Made by a program: the position numbers and the translations under genes
Notes under the pieces: generated by a model
The model's database searches: none
Told to the model about the DNA's origin: nothing
The model's input: the letters and a program-made list of their open reading frames with translations, nothing else
Shown here: positions 58,301 to 64,000 of the stretch, piece by piece
How the letters are laid out: each line of letters begins with the position of its first letter
Numbering within the stretch: position 1 is the first letter of the stretch
Source of the DNA: Phaeosaccion multiseriatum
Lineage: Eukaryota; Protista; Ochrophyta, other classes
Direction: 5' to 3'
NCBI GenBank assembly: GCA_965112735.1
Contig: OZ218953.1
Span: 5,084,001-5,148,000 of the forward strand
Length of the DNA: 64,000 nucleotides

Positions 58301-61300
58301 GCCTGCTCAGGGCGACGCGGTGTCTGTAGCGGACTCCGCTCAGTCTCTGCTGGTGCAGTTCGCTGACCCGCCTGCCACGCAAGGCGCCCCTGTAACTGCC
58401 TACTTGGTTGAATACTGGATGGCTTCGGACGAGGTGAGGAGCGAGGTGCAAGTGGTGAAGAGCAGCAACTCTACCATGGAGGGGGCATTCCGCCTCTCTT
58501 TCGATGGCGCCGAGACGGACTACCTTTCCACTAGTGTAGGGGAAGACGCCATGGAGACGGCACTGGAAGGCCTCTCAACCATTCGCGATGTGCAAGTGGT
58601 GCGATCGGCCGTTTCGGATGGGTACGAGTGGACGGTCATCTTCCAGAGCGAATCCCCCTCGCAGAGCAATCTCGCTCTCGAGGTTTCCGACCTCGAGACG
58701 CAAAGCAGCGCTACTTCTGTAACGGTGGGGTACGATCTCACCATGGGGCTTCCCGGTCACAAGGGCCGCGTCAGCGTCAACGCCACCGGAGGAGACTACA
58801 ACGTGACGGTTACATCCTCCTCCTCAGGTTCGATTAGCTCGGCTGCCATAGGGTACTACATCTCCATCGATGGCGACAGTTACCTCATTGAAGATGTGTC
58901 CAGCGACAACACCACCATTACCCTCGCGTCCGTCTACACGGGCACGACCGCAGGAGGCTTTACCGCAGACTATGGAGTGAGCGTGCGGGGCAAGGTGGCC
59001 GATTCATACGCAGCGGTAGAGGTGTCTGGCGAGGCCAACAGCCATACCCTCACCTCCCTCAACGTGGGCGAGCTCTACAGTGTGAGGGTTTCCGCCCTCA
59101 ATGCCATGGGCTACTCCCTCCCGCAGGTTTCCACTCCGGCATACTTGGCGCCTCCTGTCCAAGTCCCTGCCATGCCCGAGGCGGTGCGCGTCTTCCCCGC
59201 CTCCGCCACGAGTCTGCGCGTCCAATTCAACGCCCCGGAGAGCTCGGGAGGGTCCATGGTGACCAAGTACAAGGTGGAGTGGGACGTCACGTCAAGCTTC
59301 AGCAGTGGTGCGGATGGAAAGGCGCTGGGCAGCCAGCAACGCCTCGTCACCAACAGCACTGAGTGCCAGAACACGCCTTGCGAGTACACCATCAGTTCTC
59401 TGACCAAGGGGACCCCTTACTACGTTCGGGTGTACGCCGTCAACAGCCAGGGCTTTAGCGCAGACGGCGCCCTGTCTACCCCAGAGGCTGAGGCGCCTTG
59501 CACGCAGCCTATGCCCCCTGCGGTGGTGATGGTGAGCACAGGTGTGGCCGAGGACAGCCTGGTGGTCACCTTCCCCCCTGCCGCGGACGACGGAGGCAAG
59601 CCAGTGACCAAGTTCAGGATCGAGTGGGACGCTGCTGGAGTAGAGGCGTACCGAGCATCTGCCTCTCCCGACGACAGTCTGTTGTACAGCCCTCGGGACG
59701 TGCAGGCCATCGCCGCTAGCGCCGCTTCCAACGACATTGGTGGTGTGTTCTACCTTGCCTACGGAGACCACAAGACGGTTTCGCTGAGTGTGGATGCCAC
59801 CGCAGAGGAGGTCAGGGCGGCGCTTCTGGCTCTGCCGACAGTAGGACCCTCCATCACTGTGGAGAGAGAAGACTTGACAGCCTACACCTACGGCTATCGC
59901 TGGGTGGTGTCCTTTGACGCTTCAGTGTGCCTGAGCGAGGAGGGGCTTGTCGGCACGTGTCCTCAGCTGCTCCTCTCCACCAACAGCTCGGCCTACGTAA
60001 GTGAGTTTGCCACCAACGCCACCGCCAACAGCGGCACCGACGCCTTTGTATCATCAGAGCGATGGATCACAGGCTTTGCGGGCTTCGATCAGCAGCGCAT
60101 TTCTCTCGGTGTCAGCAACAGCTCCATCAGCGGCTCCTTCCAGCTCTGGTACGACGGCCACTCCACCTCCCTCCTGCCGTGGGCGGCCTCTGCCGAAGAG
60201 GTCGAGACGGCGCTGGAGGCCCTCGGAGATGGGGTGCTCGGCGAGGTGGTGGTACGCAGAGCAATCGTCGCCAGCGATGCCGTTTCCGATGCTGACGCAT
60301 TGGAGTGGACCGTGGCCTTTACCACCAAGCTCGGCAACGTGCAGGCGCTCACAATCGACACCTCCTACATCTCGCAAACCGACTTTGACGCGACAATCGA
60401 GGCCAACGTGACTACCCTTCGAGTGGGCTATACACCCATCATGGACAGCTCTCTCAAGGGGGAGATGGCAGTGGATGTCAATGCCAACACGACCGCGCTC
60501 GTCACAGATGCCGACGGCAACTACCGCGTGTTGTTATCCGGCCTGCTCAAGGGCGCACCGTACCATGTCCGTGTCTCCGCCTGGAACGGCGTGGCCCAGA
60601 GCTACGGTCGCACACGTTTCTCCACCCCCGCTCTTGCCTATCCCTCCATTGCGTCGGACGCCCCTGCCTGGGTGGAGCTCTCCTCGGCGGCCGCCGATGC
60701 CGTCAAAGTGAGCTGGGCCCCTCCTCTCGACGAGGGAGGCCTCCCCGTGTCCAAGTATCTGGTGGAGTGGGACTCCGCAGGCGGCGTGCGCGAGCGACAG
60801 ATGGTCAATATCACCGGCGCTGCCTCGGGCACATTCAAGCTTTCCCTGGATGGACACTCCACCACGGCCGTACCTTTCAACGCGGACGCCTCCCGTGTGG
60901 CTGCTGCCCTCAACGCGCTGCAGACGGTGGGCTCCGTGCAAGTGGAGCGAGCAGAGCTGACGACGGGTTTCTCCTACGACGTTGTCTTCCTGGACAATGT
61001 TGGGGACGTGAGTGCGCTCGTGGCCAACTCGGCAGGGCTCCGTGGCACCGCAGCAAAGCTCACGGTGGAGGAGACTGTCAAGGGTACTGCGCCGCTCTTC
61101 AATCAAGGCTCAGTGGGCATCACTGTGAAACCCTTGGGCTCCAAGGAGGTGAGCCTCGATAGTCCTGCCGCCGTGCAGACCATCACGGCACTGACCTCTG
61201 CCGATGACCTTGCGGGCTACTTCACCGTCGCCTTTGAAGGCTTTGCCACCGAGCGTATCTCCTTCGACGCGACGGCCGAGGAAATGGCTGTCGCACTAGG

Positions 61301-64000
61301 AGGCATCCCGACATTGGGCGCCGTGGAGGTGTCCACGGCTGAGGTGGTCCCCGACGTGGAATGGGGATTCGCCAAGTACGGTCGAGAGTGGACCATCACA
61401 CTGGCACTGGCCTCCCCATCCAGCCTCCTCGTCAGCACCGAGGTGGCCAATACACCGTTCTCCATCCTCGCCTCACACGGAACTCTGCTGGGCAGCGACC
61501 CTCGCGTCTTTGTGACCGTCGTGGATGCGGGAGAGCTTGCTACCGAGTACGTGGCGGCCCTTCCGGCGAGCTTTGCCAAGGCCAAGGCAGGAGGTACGAC
61601 GGTCTTTGCGCGAGTGTCCGCCTACAACGGCAATGGGTGGAGTGCACCTCGCGTCGCAGCGGTGAGCGCAGTAACCGCGCCTGTCAAGCCCAACCCTCCC
61701 ACCACACCCACTGTGGAGGTGGTTGATGAGGCTAGCCTCGGAGTCAAGTGGAGTGCGCCTGCTGTCAGTAGCGGTGAGGAGACGGTGGTCACCGGGTACG
61801 TGGTACAGTGGAGTGGTGACGGCACCTTTGGATCCAGCGCAGGAGAGGCCACTGTGTCGGCGTCTGCCCGGAGCTACATCATCGAAGGGTTGACCGAGGG
61901 CGAGGCGACCTCCGTGCGAGTGCTTGCGTCCAACAGCATTGGCTTCTCCGATCCTGTAACCGCCACACCCGAGGCGAGCAGCTGGAGCCAGTACGAGGTG
62001 CAGCAGTTGGTGGTTCAGTCGTCCGACTCTTCTTGCGTCGCCAACCCCAACCCCGGCAACTTCACCCTCACCATGGAGACGGCGAACGGGCGCAGCGAGA
62101 CCACCGGACTCTTGGCGGTGGATGCTTCGGCCAGCGCGGTGGCAGAGGCTCTTTCCTCCCTCTCCAACTTAGGGGGTGGCGCCGTGCGTGTGACGAGGGC
62201 CGACCACTCCTCCTATGCTGACTTCGACGCGACCGGCGTCATGACCAACGAGCTGAAGCTAGCCTACCTGCTTCACTTCGACCATGTCCAGGAGGACCTG
62301 GTGGAGGTCGTTCCCACGGTCTCAGGATGTGCCGACGTGAGTGTGACAGAGGTAGTGGCCGGCAAGGGCAGCGAGGAAGCCGCCCTGCTCCGAGTCATCC
62401 CCGGCCCTCGCCCCGCCACTGCGCCCGGGAACATCTCTCTCACCATCATCAGCCCCTCTGAGCTTGGGGTGACTTGGGAGGCGCCCGCCTACGGCAACTG
62501 GGGCTACGGTTTCGCTAAGTACTTTGTCCAGTGGGACAAGGCGTACACCTTCGATAGAAGTGTGGTGGTGGACGGAGGGAATGTCACCTACTCCAAGGCT
62601 GGTCGCTTCTCTGCAGTGACGAGCGACTTGAGCTACCAAATCTCGGGCCTGGAGGAAGGGACGGAGTACTTTGTCCGCGTGTCTGCCTTCAACGGCAACT
62701 CTTCTTCCTCCTCCTCATCCTCATCCTTCAACGTTACCTCCTTGGGCTACGGCAATGCGCTGGCCTCCGTGCCGTCCACTGCCATCCCCTCGGCACAGGT
62801 GCCTTACAAGCCGAACATGGTGACGATGCGCCTCAGCGAGCCTGCCTTTGTGCACCCGGACAGCCCTGGAGATATCCCTGACCAACTCGACATCTCTTGG
62901 AGCCGGCCTACACTTGATAGTGCGACGCAGCTCTTTGACACGACGGATGGTGGGGACACAATTTCCCACTACCGCTTGGAGTGGTCCGAGAGAAGCGACT
63001 TTGCGGCACAGAACGGGAGCTTCGATGTACGGGCGGTGACGAGCAACGGCACGGCCGCAAGCTGCCATGTGAGCAACTGCAGCTTCCCGCTAGGCGCGGA
63101 GGTGCAATCACTAAGTGTGTACAGTGGAGATAGCTTTGCCCTTGCGGGAGGAGCTTATCGATTGACGTATACCAATTCGGCTCTCAGCGTTTCGGAGGAG
63201 ACGGAGTGCCTGAACTACAACGCCGAGTACAGCGATGTTCGATCGGCGCTGGAGGGCATCACCAACAGCACGGTGCTCGTGTCCAGGGAGGCCATCACCT
63301 CCCCGGGCCTAGGCTACAAGTACCTGCTCACCTTCGTCGGCGGCGCGGTGCGAGGCAATGTTGAGCAAGTGTCCGTCTCGGATATCGGCGGCAGCGGCAG
63401 TTGGTCATCCAACAGCAGCAGCAACAGCAGCAGTTGGTCATACAGCACATGCTCCTCCTGGAGCGTGCAGTCCAGTACCAACGTCACGTCCAACACCACC
63501 AGCCAACAGGTGGTCACCGAGACTGCCATTGATGGAGGATTCCTCAACCCCGGGACAGAATACTTCGTCCGAGCCTCGGCCATCAACTCTGTAGGCGTTG
63601 GGGAGGCAGAGGCCGCTGTCGGAGATGCGGTGGACTGCGCGGACGGGGACTCGGAAACCTGTGCCCCTCGCAGCCCCCCCGGGGAGGCGCAAAACGTGCT
63701 TGTGTATGCCCACCCCGACGACGGAGACGCTCTCCTTGTGACTTGGGAGGACGTGGACACGGACAATGGAGGCGAGGTGACGGGCTTCATCGTGGAGTAC
63801 GCTTCGGAAGACGAGGTGCTTGCCAGTTGGGCCACCTTCGGAAATGAAACCGTCGGGGCTGCACGTCGATCGGCGACCATCTACCCGTCTGCCAACATGT
63901 CCACAAGCGCTACTTGTGGTATAGAGTACACCGTTCGAGTACGTGCTGTGAACGATCAAGGACTGAGCCCTCCCTCCTGGTACGGAGAGGTGGGGTACGA
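40357..64000 (+). CDS. Giant secreted FN3 / filamin / PA14 / EVQ-repeat protein, at least about 7,700 aa, 3'-partial
   Basis: ATG at 40357 or 40390 with signal peptide MALPGLVLLVLVALAAFQIQVARA. Exons 40357-48954, 49249-54561 and 54756 to beyond 64000 (introns CAG|GTAGGT...CCAG and GTG|GTGAGT...TTCAG). Exon 3 starts SASNLAAAMEEL and is still in the same frame at the window end (NDQGLSPPSWYGEVGY); the ORF track shows no terminating ORF in that frame. Many FN3 (W.PP.DGG..V..Y.VEW; L..G..Y.VRV.A.N..G.G) and filamin (G.GL..A.AG...F.IQAKD.FGN; DG.Y.V.Y.P..AG.Y; GSP) repeats, three PA14 domains, and numerous N-x-S/T sequons. Confidence 0.92.
48409..48822 (+). other. PA14 domain 1 of the giant protein
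   Basis: GGLSATYYDNQW...RVDPQIKFDWG...YVSVRWEGKL...ANDGARLYLD...YHDLVVEYRE...IPTENLFY. Confidence 0.85.
52615..53157 (+). other. PA14 domain 2 of the giant protein
   Basis: GGLLATFYEN...IDFAWG...YFSVSWEGLV...TSDRVRLTVG...IKLDFVE...VVPASALFY. Confidence 0.8.
56697..57137 (+). other. PA14 domain 3 of the giant protein
   Basis: GLLGEYFNNRW...RVDPVVDFSW...YISVRWTGFI...VNDGVRVWVG...YPIRLEFRE...VVPTHRLFH. Confidence 0.85.

Noticed and set aside
40825-63959. Many minus-strand and off-frame ORFs (up to 471 aa) overlapping the giant gene
   Set aside because: Expected antisense shadows of a GC-rich, codon-biased CDS; no recognisable motifs.

Overview
Eukaryotic nuclear DNA, GC-rich, with GT-AG introns full of microsatellites. 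It is most likely from a photosynthetic stramenopile (ochrophyte) or another alga with a red-derived secondary plastid: three genes carry bipartite plastid-targeting leaders with Phe just after the signal-peptide cleavage site (APVRA|FQ, TGATA|FHAP, GRAQA|FVA). Splicing exons by hand gives nine intact genes and one pseudogene. (1) Minus-strand, 22+ exon protein with EF-hands, Sfi1-like repeats, a WW-like domain and IQ motifs, running off the left edge. (2) Thylakoid-lumen cyclophilin (CYP26-2-like). (3) Plastid ribosomal protein S1. (4) TRAPPC11. (5) Disabled intronless PPR-SMR gene with near-identical 105-bp repeats. (6) HIR-like SPFH/band-7 protein. (7) PfkB-family kinase with GAGN in place of GAGD. 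(8) Coiled-coil/LRR protein. (9) Plastid CcdA. (10) Giant secreted protein (at least about 7,700 aa, open past the right edge) made of FN3, filamin and PA14 domains and an 'EVQ' repeat. Eight of the genes form four head-to-head pairs. The most striking feature is the giant protein's bracket-matched, nested ('Russian-doll') domain insertion, supported by cysteine positions, which implies a branched extracellular filament. No rRNA, tRNA, CRISPR array or recognisable transposase was seen. All family calls come from motif recognition, not database searches.
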